Source of the DNA: Candidatus Gottesmanbacteria bacterium
Lineage (GTDB): Bacteria > Patescibacteriota > Microgenomatia > UBA10105 > UBA927
NCBI GenBank assembly: GCA_903821745.1
Contig: CAIJMI010000004.1
Coordinates: 152,404-216,403, forward strand
Direction: 5' to 3'
DNA: 64,000 nucleotides
The notes under the pieces are model-generated. The model worked only from the letters and a program-made list of their open reading frames with translations, did not search any database and was not told where the DNA came from. A program made the translations under genes and the position numbers. Shown one piece after another: positions 29,536 to 38,132 of this stretch (positions are counted from its first letter, which is position 1; each line of letters starts with the position of its first letter).

Positions 29536-31962
29536 ATGGAACTTACTGGTATTCGTAGCAAAGTATTTTTAGATCGCTATGCATTGAAAGACGAAACGGG
29601 AGCTCCTATTGAGAAAACACCGGAAGACATGTGGCACCGCGTTGCTCATGCTGTCGCCAAAATGGAACCAGCAGATCACCGGATGCATTGGGAAGAAAAG
29701 TTCTATGATATCATGCAAGATTTTGTGTTTGTTCCGGGGGGCCGAATTTTATCAGGCGCTGGAACCGGATATAAAGTAACCTTTTATAATTGTTTTGTCA
29801 TTCCCTCACCAAAAGATTCCCGAGGTGGCATTCTCTCAACACTCTCAAACATGGTAGAAATTATGGCCCGTGGTGGAGGCGTTGGTATTAATCTTTCAAC
29901 GCTTCGTCCACGAGGATCGAGAGTGAAGAAAGTCAATGGATTTTCTTCAGGACCGATTAATTGGGCAGAACTGTTTTCTGTTGCAACAAAAGACATTATT
30001 CAACAAGGGGGAACCCGACGAGGAGCACTTATGCTCATGCTTTGGGATTGGCATCCGGATATAGAAGAATTTATAACGGTCAAACAGGACCTTACTAAAA
30101 TTAATGGTGCAAATTTATCCGTCTGTGTGTCTGATGCATTTATGGAAGCAGTTAAAAATGATGCAGATTGGAATTTGATATTTCCGGATACCCAGGACCC
30201 TGATTATGACACAAAATGGGACGGATATATGCCCAACTGGATTGCGCTCGGTAAAACGCCAAAAATTATTAAAACCGTTAAAGCACGGGATTTGTGGGAC
30301 ATGATTGCAAAAGCTGCATGGGCAAGTGCAGAGCCGGGTGTAGTGTTCATGGAACGGTACAACAAACAATTTAATAATTATTATTATGAATTCGTAAACT
30401 GTGTTAATCCGTGCGGCGAAGAAGGATTGCCATATTGGGGAGTTTGTAATCTGTGTTCTATTAATTTGGCAGCGCTTGTCAAAGAAGACGGCACCATGAA
30501 TTATGAACGGCTGGCGGAAGTTGCAAAAATTGGCGTCCGATTTCAGGATAATGTCGTTGATGCCGATGTCTATATTTTTGATGAAATTAAAAAAGTACAG
30601 CTTGAAGGAGAACGTCGTATTGGTCTTGGGACCATGGGACTGGGTGATGCCCTCATTAAGATGAAAATTCGATACGGGTCGAAAGAAAGTTTGGAAGTGA
30701 TCGATAAAATATATAAAACGATTCGCGACGCTGCATATGAATCATCCATTTTGCTCGCAAAAGAAAAAGGGGCATTTCCAAAAATTGATAAAGCAAAGCA
30801 TGTTGTAGGGTATTTCTGTAACCAACTTCCCGAAAACTTAAAAAAGAAAATGAAGAAATATGGGGTAAGAAATTCACTACTGTTGCAGCAAGCTCCAACA
30901 GGTTCAACATCCATGTTATCCGGTGTTTCAAGTGGTATTGAGCCGGTCTATGAGTTTGAATATATGCGGCACGATAGACTTGGTGATCATATTATTCGAC
31001 ATGAACTCTATGATGCATGGTTTGAACAATTTAAAGCAGAAAATGGCAGAGAGCCAACGCGGGAAGATCGACCAGATTATTTTGCATCAGCAAATGATTT
31101 AACGCCGGAAAATCATGTGGAAGTGCAAGCAGCAATTCAAAAATATGTTGACGCGTCCATTAGTAAAACAGTAAATGCGCCAAATGTGCATACGGTTGAA
31201 GATGTAAAACGTATTTATACACTTGCGTATGATCTTGGATGTAAAGGAATTGCCTACATGCGCGAAGGAAGCAGACAAGGAGTGTTAATGCGAAAAGAAG
31301 AGTCAAAAAAGGAAGAGATAAAACAAGAAATAATGAATGCACCAGAGGTCAAACCGCGTCCAGATATCGTGCATGGGTCAACGTACAGAGCGGAGACACC
31401 CGTTGGACAAGCCTATGTGACCGTGAATACCAACGGAGGAAATCAGCCAATAGAAGTCTTTATAAACGTTGGAAAAGCAGGAAGTGATGTGACTGCCATG
31501 GCTGAGGCAATGGGACGGCTTATTTCGTTGACGCTTCGCATGGCCTCACCAATTCCGCCAATTGAACGTGCGCGGAAAGTTGCAGCAGAGCTTATTGGTA
31601 TCGGAGGCGCACGGTCCTTGGGATTTGGTGAAAATCGTGTTCGAAGTCTTCCTGATGCAGTGGCAAAGGTGATCGATCGTCATTTTGGATTTTTTGCAAA
31701 ACACCGACTTGATGCTGCGGCAACAGAACCAGACCGGGTAACGGTGGAAAAAGGAAATGAAACAGATGAAAAGAAAAATGGGGAAGACATTAAGGCACTG
31801 CTTGCAAAAATGGGTGCAACACCAACATCAGCAGTTGCAGTTGCTGAGGAAAAAGAGCATCGGATGGTGACGGTAGATCTGTGTCCAAAATGCGGAGAGG
31901 GAACGCTCGTTTTTGAGGAATCATGTAAAAAATGTTACAACTGCGGATATAGCGAATGTTAA
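29536..31962 (+). CDS. nrdJ: Class II AdoCbl-dependent ribonucleotide reductase with C-terminal TSCPD-like domain and Zn ribbon
   Basis: NCFV, RRGA.M, NPCGE, CNL.SINL, APTGS, ISKTVN; CPKC..CKKCYNCGYSEC. Confidence 0.95.
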   Translation: MELTGIRSKVFLDRYALKDETGAPIEKTPEDMWHRVAHAVAKMEPADHRMHWEEKFYDIMQDFVFVPGGRILSGAGTGYKVTFYNCFVIPSPKDSRGGILSTLSNMVEIMARGGGVGINLSTLRPRGSRVKKVNGFSSGPINWAELFSVATKDIIQQGGTRRGALMLMLWDWHPDIEEFITVKQDLTKINGANLSVCVSDAFMEAVKNDADWNLIFPDTQDPDYDTKWDGYMPNWIALGKTPKIIKTVKARDLWDMIAKAAWASAEPGVVFMERYNKQFNNYYYEFVNCVNPCGEEGLPYWGVCNLCSINLAALVKEDGTMNYERLAEVAKIGVRFQDNVVDADVYIFDEIKKVQLEGERRIGLGTMGLGDALIKMKIRYGSKESLEVIDKIYKTIRDAAYESSILLAKEKGAFPKIDKAKHVVGYFCNQLPENLKKKMKKYGVRNSLLLQQAPTGSTSMLSGVSSGIEPVYEFEYMRHDRLGDHIIRHELYDAWFEQFKAENGREPTREDRPDYFASANDLTPENHVEVQAAIQKYVDASISKTVNAPNVHTVEDVKRIYTLAYDLGCKGIAYMREGSRQGVLMRKEESKKEEIKQEIMNAPEVKPRPDIVHGSTYRAETPVGQAYVTVNTNGGNQPIEVFINVGKAGSDVTAMAEAMGRLISLTLRMASPIPPIERARKVAAELIGIGGARSLGFGENRVRSLPDAVAKVIDRHFGFFAKHRLDAAATEPDRVTVEKGNETDEKKNGEDIKALLAKMGATPTSAVAVAEEKEHRMVTVDLCPKCGEGTLVFEESCKKCYNCGYSEC

Positions 31963-31965
31963 TCT

Positions 31966-32538
31966 ATGCCAGTGTATACACGAACGGGTGATGATGGAAC
32001 AACTGCACTGTTTGGAGGAAAACGCATCTTAAAATGTGAAGAACTCGTTGATGTGTATGGTTCCATTGATGAACTCAATAGCTGGATCGGCGTTCTTCTT
32101 GCAACAGACAAGAATCAAAGGGACAAGCAATTGTTTCTTGCAATACAACAAGATTTGTTTTTGATCGGCAGTGTACTTGCAGGATGGAAGGGTGATATTT
32201 CTCCACTTGGTAAGCGAATTTTAGAAATGGAACAGCATATCGATGCAATTGAAACAAAAGTGCCGAAAATCACAAATTTTATTCTTCCCGGTGGATCAAA
32301 GAGTGCATCGTATGTTCATGTAGTAAGAAGTATTACTCGACGTGTTGAACGGCAAATGGTTGCATTATTTGCAAAGGAAAAGAGTAGTACAGTACCTGAT
32401 AAAAATAATCAACGAAAAATGATTACGTATATCAATCGTTTGTCTGACTTGTTATTTATGATGGCAAGAGGTATAAATAAGACAGTTGGTATCAAAGAAG
32501 TTGTATGGAAAGGGATATCAACAAAGAGTAAAGAGTAG
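31966..32538 (+). CDS. pduO: ATP:cob(I)alamin adenosyltransferase, PduO type
   Basis: VYTRTGDDGTT, YGSIDELNS, FILPGG, RRVER, NRLSD. Confidence 0.93.
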   Translation: MPVYTRTGDDGTTALFGGKRILKCEELVDVYGSIDELNSWIGVLLATDKNQRDKQLFLAIQQDLFLIGSVLAGWKGDISPLGKRILEMEQHIDAIETKVPKITNFILPGGSKSASYVHVVRSITRRVERQMVALFAKEKSSTVPDKNNQRKMITYINRLSDLLFMMARGINKTVGIKEVVWKGISTKSKE

Positions 32539-32614
32539 AGGAAGGTTGTGTAACTCAATCACTGTGCCGCAACGGTAAAGTCCGGAACTCTTCTTTACCT
32601 ATCCCGAGCAGGAG
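32528..32614 (+). ncRNA. Minimal cobalamin riboswitch 1 (Cbl-II/AdoCbl-variant-like)
   Basis: GAGGAA-GGTTG/CAATC-ACTGTGCCGCAACGG-TAAAGT-CCG core; closing stem GTAAAGA..AGAG/CTCTTCTTTAC; TCC-CGAGCA-GGA hairpin over SD. Confidence 0.85.
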
Positions 32615-32623
32615 TATTTTTTT

Positions 32624-33061
32624 GTGGAAAGAAACAATATGAAAACAAAAATGAATGCACGAACCATTATTCTTATTATCATGTGTGTCGTGTTGGGTGT
32701 GTTGTTTGTCCGAAATGGACTCGAAGTAAAACGAATACAACAACATCCAATAGAACGGACAACAAACAAACCAGAAGTTGTAGTGACCATCAATAATGGA
32801 GCTTCGCTTATCACGGAAACCATCTCAGCAGGAACACCGTTTGAAGCATTATCCGTTCTCGCAGAAAAAAAACAACTACCATTAACAACAAAACAATATG
32901 ATTTTGGTGTATTTGTCAGTGGTATTGGAGATGTTCTGACTACAAAGGAATTTGGATGGATTTATTATGTGAATAATAAATCAGGTGACGTCGCCGCTGA
33001 TAAATACGAGTTACATAATGGAGATCAAGTTGAATGGAAGTTTGAAAAATCAATTTTTTGA
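32624..33061 (+). CDS. DUF4430/transcobalamin-like C-terminal domain protein, membrane anchored (putative B12 binding)
   Basis: FG.FV..I, W.YYVN, Y.L..GD.VEW.F; N-terminal TM; riboswitch upstream. Confidence 0.8.
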   Translation: MERNNMKTKMNARTIILIIMCVVLGVLFVRNGLEVKRIQQHPIERTTNKPEVVVTINNGASLITETISAGTPFEALSVLAEKKQLPLTTKQYDFGVFVSGIGDVLTTKEFGWIYYVNNKSGDVAADKYELHNGDQVEWKFEKSIF

Positions 33062-33066
33062 TACTT

Positions 33067-33582
33067 ATGGAGATGATTACATTTACACTGATTGGTATTC
33101 TTTCAAGACTTGTGCCGCATATTCCAAACATGACTGCAGTGGGAGGTGCATCACTGTTTATGGGTGCAAAATTTGGTGTAAAGAAAAGCATGATCGTACT
33201 TTTTTTAACTATGCTGGCGACTGATAGTGTGAAAGGACTGCATTCTGTGATGTGGGCAACGTACGGATCATTGGTTCTTGCTATTTTGATCGGTAAATAT
33301 ATGGCATCAAAAAAAAATGCAGGGTGGATTATCGGAGGAACGCTGTTGTCTTCTATTTTGTTTTTTATCATTACAAATTTTGCTGTATGGCTTGCCCCGA
33401 ATTTTATGTACGCAAAAACCCTTTCAGGACTTGTGGACTGCTACATGATGGCAGTTCCATTTTTCAAAAATTCTCTCGCTGGCGATTTGATGTATTCAAG
33501 TATTTTTTTTGGTGGATACGCATTCGTTGCATCCATTAAACAAAAGATGATGATGTGTCAGGTCGGCCATAAAAACATATAA
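33067..33582 (+). CDS. DUF6580-type membrane protein, putative ECF S-component-like cobalamin transporter
   Basis: RL.PH.PN, ITNFAVW, CY..A.PFF.N.L.GD; 5-6 TM. Confidence 0.75.
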   Translation: MEMITFTLIGILSRLVPHIPNMTAVGGASLFMGAKFGVKKSMIVLFLTMLATDSVKGLHSVMWATYGSLVLAILIGKYMASKKNAGWIIGGTLLSSILFFIITNFAVWLAPNFMYAKTLSGLVDCYMMAVPFFKNSLAGDLMYSSIFFGGYAFVASIKQKMMMCQVGHKNI

Positions 33583-33666
33583 AGGAAGAGGAAGGTTGTG
33601 TAACTCAACCACTGTGCCGCAACGGTAAAGTCCGATACTCCCCTTTATATTTTCCCGAGCAGGAGG
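33577..33666 (+). ncRNA. Minimal cobalamin riboswitch 2
   Basis: Core 51/54 identical to copy 1; different but pairing closing stem ATATAAAGG..GAG/CTCCCCTTTATAT; hairpin over SD AGGAGG. Confidence 0.85.
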
Positions 33667-33672
33667 TCCATC

Positions 33673-35301
33673 ATGTATTGCGTACCAGAAAAAGAAATTT
33701 CTCTTCTTACCTATAAAGATAAATATTCCACACTTCAAGAGATACATCCTGAATGGACGTCGCATGAACTTCGTTTAACAAGCGCCAGTGAACTCCGCTC
33801 CCAATTTCAGGCTGATCGTGAAACGGCTGCAAGAGAAAATTTAGGGTTGCCGATGATTGAAGTTCCAGAGGCAACATTTACTCTTACTGATGAAGGAACA
33901 GTCTGGTACCCAAACTATGGGAGTGGTGTTGGACTTGTTGAGTTGAGTGAACGACAAAAAAGGTTGCGGCCTGAGCATTATTCACCGGAAGAACACACCA
34001 TTTCATTATTAATAGAAGAACAATTTAAGCATGGAGCAACAGAAGTAGTAACAAGTTATGGAGATAGGGATGTGGTGATTATGAAGTATGATCCAAAAAC
34101 AAAAAAGGGGAAAACGGAGGTTATCAATACCGCGGTTGTAATGGAAAATGAATATAAACCCATGCAAGAATTTATCTCTGAACATTTTCCAAAATTAGAA
34201 TCAGTGCCCGTAACAAAAAGCATTTTTTTGTTTGCCGATAAAAAACTAATTGTTGAACATGCAACGGAAATAGTTCAACAAATGGTAAGAAAATCTGCTC
34301 GTATACATCAACTGCCATATGCTGAAAAAAGACAGAGAATAGCTATCACAGACCAGAAACAGGAATACCCCTATCTTCCGCCATTTATGAGCCATGATAT
34401 TTCTAAGACACATCATGAGGATATGATGCCTGTTGTAGAAACACAGCACTATCAGAGGTTGGATAGCAAACATGTGCAACAGAAAGAACAAACCATAGAA
34501 CGAGTTAAAGACCTCGTTCACAAGGACCAACAGAAGCAACGTATCATATCGTCCATTGAAGTGTCTCAAAAACCGGTGTTGGTGTTTCAATTTTCAAAAA
34601 AAACGGACGAGTATACAAAACAAATAAAACCATCCGTGACGGTCTATATGAGCGACCCAATCGTGGAAAATCAAATCGCGCGCCATATTTTGAAGAATGA
34701 CAAAATTGTTCCGTCGATGCAGCTAAAAGAGAATGATCCGCTGCCTGTGTTTTTGGAGAAGCCAAAACAAAAAGATGAACAAGCAATCACATGGGACAAT
34801 AGAGACCTAAAAGAAACGAAAGAAGAACCACATATAATGGTTGATGCACGTATAAAACAGAATGTTGTCATTGAACAAACGATCGAAGAATATTTTGAAA
34901 CTGGAGATACAAAAGAATCTATCGTGAAAATAGAACCAGCTGTTATTCGTTCTCTGTACGCGCCGTATATGTCTGAAATACCGTTTTTCGTTGATAAAAG
35001 ATCGGGTGTCATATCGGAAATTCAGAAGTTGTGTTGGATTTGTCCGTTAGTAGAGACAATGGATCAGCCTGAAATGTTGGAAGTGGAGATACCGAAAGAT
35101 CAAAATCAACGGTTATATAATTTATTACATTTCCTACAAAAGATTGTAAAAAAACAATTTGGTGAAGATCATATTAGACAGAGAACAATACAGGTCGTGA
35201 ACGCAGATGAATCAGATCGAGTGCGTGATGAAATTACATATTATCTAACACTCTTGGAAGAAAAGAATATGCGAATGCATATGTATGCGTTCGTGAACTG
35301 A
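33673..35301 (+). CDS. Hypothetical protein behind cobalamin riboswitch 2
   Basis: 542-aa ORF, SD AGGAGG 6 nt upstream; no family recognised. Confidence 0.7.
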   Translation: MYCVPEKEISLLTYKDKYSTLQEIHPEWTSHELRLTSASELRSQFQADRETAARENLGLPMIEVPEATFTLTDEGTVWYPNYGSGVGLVELSERQKRLRPEHYSPEEHTISLLIEEQFKHGATEVVTSYGDRDVVIMKYDPKTKKGKTEVINTAVVMENEYKPMQEFISEHFPKLESVPVTKSIFLFADKKLIVEHATEIVQQMVRKSARIHQLPYAEKRQRIAITDQKQEYPYLPPFMSHDISKTHHEDMMPVVETQHYQRLDSKHVQQKEQTIERVKDLVHKDQQKQRIISSIEVSQKPVLVFQFSKKTDEYTKQIKPSVTVYMSDPIVENQIARHILKNDKIVPSMQLKENDPLPVFLEKPKQKDEQAITWDNRDLKETKEEPHIMVDARIKQNVVIEQTIEEYFETGDTKESIVKIEPAVIRSLYAPYMSEIPFFVDKRSGVISEIQKLCWICPLVETMDQPEMLEVEIPKDQNQRLYNLLHFLQKIVKKQFGEDHIRQRTIQVVNADESDRVRDEITYYLTLLEEKNMRMHMYAFVN

Positions 35302-35325
35302 ACCAGGTGTGATATGATAAAGCAT

Positions 35326-35718
35326 ATGAATACCCTGCCTACTATGGGCACTACTCCCAGTTCTATTTCAACACCTCCGCAGGCAGTTGGAAATATAGGA
35401 AAAGAAACAGAAATACCATCGTCCTCAAGTCAAGAAACGCCGATTCAAGACCTTGGAAAAGAAATGGAATTACCGAAAGAAGTGATGTCCGCAGGAGTAT
35501 CCATGCAGCCAACAATTATTTCTATTCCTCCACCAGTTGTGCAGCTTGGAGTTAAACCAGCTGGACAAAATGCTCCCACTATTTCGACAGGAGCAATTTC
35601 AATGATTCTGACGGATGAACAAATCGCACAAGGACTCCATTCGAGTATCTCAAATTCGATAAGGTGGCTCGCCGAATGGTGTCGCCATAAACTAAAAGTG
35701 CTGCACATTGTACAATAA
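35326..35718 (+). CDS. Pro/Ser-rich hypothetical protein
   Basis: Low-complexity N-terminus, LT.EQI..GL...S..WLAEWC end. Confidence 0.65.
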   Translation: MNTLPTMGTTPSSISTPPQAVGNIGKETEIPSSSSQETPIQDLGKEMELPKEVMSAGVSMQPTIISIPPPVVQLGVKPAGQNAPTISTGAISMILTDEQIAQGLHSSISNSIRWLAEWCRHKLKVLHIVQ

Positions 35719-35722
35719 GCAT

Positions 35723-38071
35723 ATGTCGACGGAATTGACTGATATTATCGGAAAAGCAGAAGTATTCGGAATGAATGTGCTTCTTCTTGTTTTATTTCTT
35801 GGTGCCTTTTTTGGGCTATGTTACGTTGCATTTCTTTTATGGAAATACCGAAATCGGGAAGCACGGTCGTTGTCATATGTACTGCTGCAAATAGCAGTGC
35901 CACGAGAAAATGAAATTAAAATCGATGCGGCAGAACAAATGTTTTCCAGTTTGTATGGCATATTTAATAATAAATGGTGGGCATTTGTAAAACCGCAGGA
36001 TCATATTTCATTTGAAATTGTGGCAAAACGGGAAGATATCCGTTTTTATGTGTCTGTCCCAAAAAACATAAAAGACCTCGTTGAAAAACAAATCAACGGT
36101 GCATATCCCGGAGCTGATATTAAAGAAGTAGAGGAATACTCTATTTTTTCTGAAAAAGGGAAAGTGTCATTTGCGGCGCTACGGCTTCGTTATGCTAGTC
36201 ATTATCCAATTAGAAACTATCGTGATTTACCAACAGATGCACTTTCGCTTGTGACGTCAGTGCTTGCTAAGATGAGCGAAGGGGAAGGAGCGGTTATCCA
36301 GCTTTTGATTCAGCCGACAGGTGACAAATGGAAACGAGTGGGACGGTCATACATTTCCAAAATAAAGAAAGATGAAGCAAATCCAGAAAAAGCAAATTTT
36401 AAAATTAATCAAAAATCTTTGGAAGCAATTGAAACAAAAATTCAAAAACCTGGATTTAACAGCGTCATCCGTATTGTTGTTTCATCGACAACCAAGGATC
36501 AGGCTGATCAGCATCTAAAAAATATTCTTGCAGCATTCGAACAATTTTCATCAGACAATAATTCATTCTGGGAGATAAAATTTCCAATTAAACATCTATT
36601 TCTTACTGATTTTATATACCGCTATTTTCCAGTTGTGAATTTACCACTTCTCCGACAATTTAGTGTACTAAACAGTGATGAACTGGCAAGTATTTTCCAT
36701 TTACCGAATAAAACAATAGAAACGCCGCACATCTTTTGGTTGAACGCAAAGCGCGCGCCTGCTCCAATGCTCATTCCTGAATCAGGATTATTTTTAGGCA
36801 TGTCAAAATACCGTGGTGTGGAGCGTCCGATTTTTATCGGAGATGATGACAGACGGCGTCACATGTATGTCATTGGAAAAACCGGTACAGGAAAGTCGCA
36901 ACTTCTGGAAGAAATGGTCATGCAGGATATTAATGCAGGAAAGGGGGTTGCTGTTATTGATCCCCACGGAGATTTGATTTCAGGAATTTTGAATCGTATG
37001 CCAGTTTCGAGAGCTGAAGATGTAATTGTGTTTGATCCTTCTGATACTGAGAGACCGATGGGACTGAATATGCTTGAGGCAAAAACAGAGGAACAAAAAC
37101 ATTTTGTTGTCACATCAATCGTCGGCCTTATGTATAAATTGTACGACCCAATGAAAACAGGAATTATCGGTCCTCGGTTTGAACATGCAATTAGAAATGC
37201 CATGCTTACTGTCATGGCAGAGCCTGGAAATACGTTTGTTGAAGTGGTTCGTGTATTAACAGATCCTGCATTTGTGCAAGAGTTATTGCCGAAAGTTAAT
37301 GACCCAATGATTAGACGGTATTGGACAGATCAAATTGCTCAAACTGCCGACTTTCATAAGTCAGAAGTTTTGGATTATATCGTTTCAAAATTCGGTCGGT
37401 TTGTTACAAATAAATTAATGCGGAATATCATTGGGCAATCCGTGTCTTCATTTGATTTTAGAAAAGTGATGGATGAAGGAAAAATTCTTCTGGTGAATTT
37501 GGCAAAAGGAAAACTTGGAGAAGAAAACAGTAACTTTTTGGGATTGATTCTCGTTCCCCGTATTCTTGTTGCCGCAATGAGCAGACAGGAAATGCCAGAA
37601 GAAGACCGGCGGGATTTTTATCTTTATGTCGACGAGTTTCAAAACTTTGCAACTCCAGACTTTGCGCAGATTCTTTCCGAGGCTCGGAAGTACAGACTCA
37701 ATTTAACCGTTGCCAACCAATTTATTGGTCAAATGGAAGAGGAAGTGAAGAATGCAGTATTCGGGAACGTCGGTACGCTAATTTCATTCCGTGTTGGTGT
37801 GACGGATGCAAACTATTTGCAGCATGAATATCAACCGACGTTTAACGAATCAGATCTTATCAATATTGATAAATACAATTCGTATGTAAAAACAATTGTG
37901 AAGAATGAACCAATGAAACCATTTTCCATTGATTTAACGAAAGATATGAATCAAATTGTTCAAGCAAGAAATCCTCAAATTGCAAAAGCAATCATTCAAC
38001 TGTCACGGTTAAAATATGGAAGAAGCAAAGAGTTGGTAGAGGCGGAAATTTCACAGCGCGCGAGATTGTAA
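35723..38071 (+). CDS. VirD4/TraG/HerA-like coupling ATPase with N-terminal TM
   Basis: HMYVIGKTGTGKS, IDPHGD, LYVDEFQNF, LSEARKY, VFGNVGT. Confidence 0.88.
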   Translation: MSTELTDIIGKAEVFGMNVLLLVLFLGAFFGLCYVAFLLWKYRNREARSLSYVLLQIAVPRENEIKIDAAEQMFSSLYGIFNNKWWAFVKPQDHISFEIVAKREDIRFYVSVPKNIKDLVEKQINGAYPGADIKEVEEYSIFSEKGKVSFAALRLRYASHYPIRNYRDLPTDALSLVTSVLAKMSEGEGAVIQLLIQPTGDKWKRVGRSYISKIKKDEANPEKANFKINQKSLEAIETKIQKPGFNSVIRIVVSSTTKDQADQHLKNILAAFEQFSSDNNSFWEIKFPIKHLFLTDFIYRYFPVVNLPLLRQFSVLNSDELASIFHLPNKTIETPHIFWLNAKRAPAPMLIPESGLFLGMSKYRGVERPIFIGDDDRRRHMYVIGKTGTGKSQLLEEMVMQDINAGKGVAVIDPHGDLISGILNRMPVSRAEDVIVFDPSDTERPMGLNMLEAKTEEQKHFVVTSIVGLMYKLYDPMKTGIIGPRFEHAIRNAMLTVMAEPGNTFVEVVRVLTDPAFVQELLPKVNDPMIRRYWTDQIAQTADFHKSEVLDYIVSKFGRFVTNKLMRNIIGQSVSSFDFRKVMDEGKILLVNLAKGKLGEENSNFLGLILVPRILVAAMSRQEMPEEDRRDFYLYVDEFQNFATPDFAQILSEARKYRLNLTVANQFIGQMEEEVKNAVFGNVGTLISFRVGVTDANYLQHEYQPTFNESDLINIDKYNSYVKTIVKNEPMKPFSIDLTKDMNQIVQARNPQIAKAIIQLSRLKYGRSKELVEAEISQRARL

Positions 38072-38132
38072 AAAATACCCTCTTTACATTCTTTATAATT
38101 GCTATACACTCTTGAAGTATTGACAAAAAAGT

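Noticed and set aside
32537-33640. Direct repeats as att sites, IS ends or CRISPR repeats
   Set aside because: Only two copies 1 kb apart, riboswitch structure with covariation, no recombinase or cas genes
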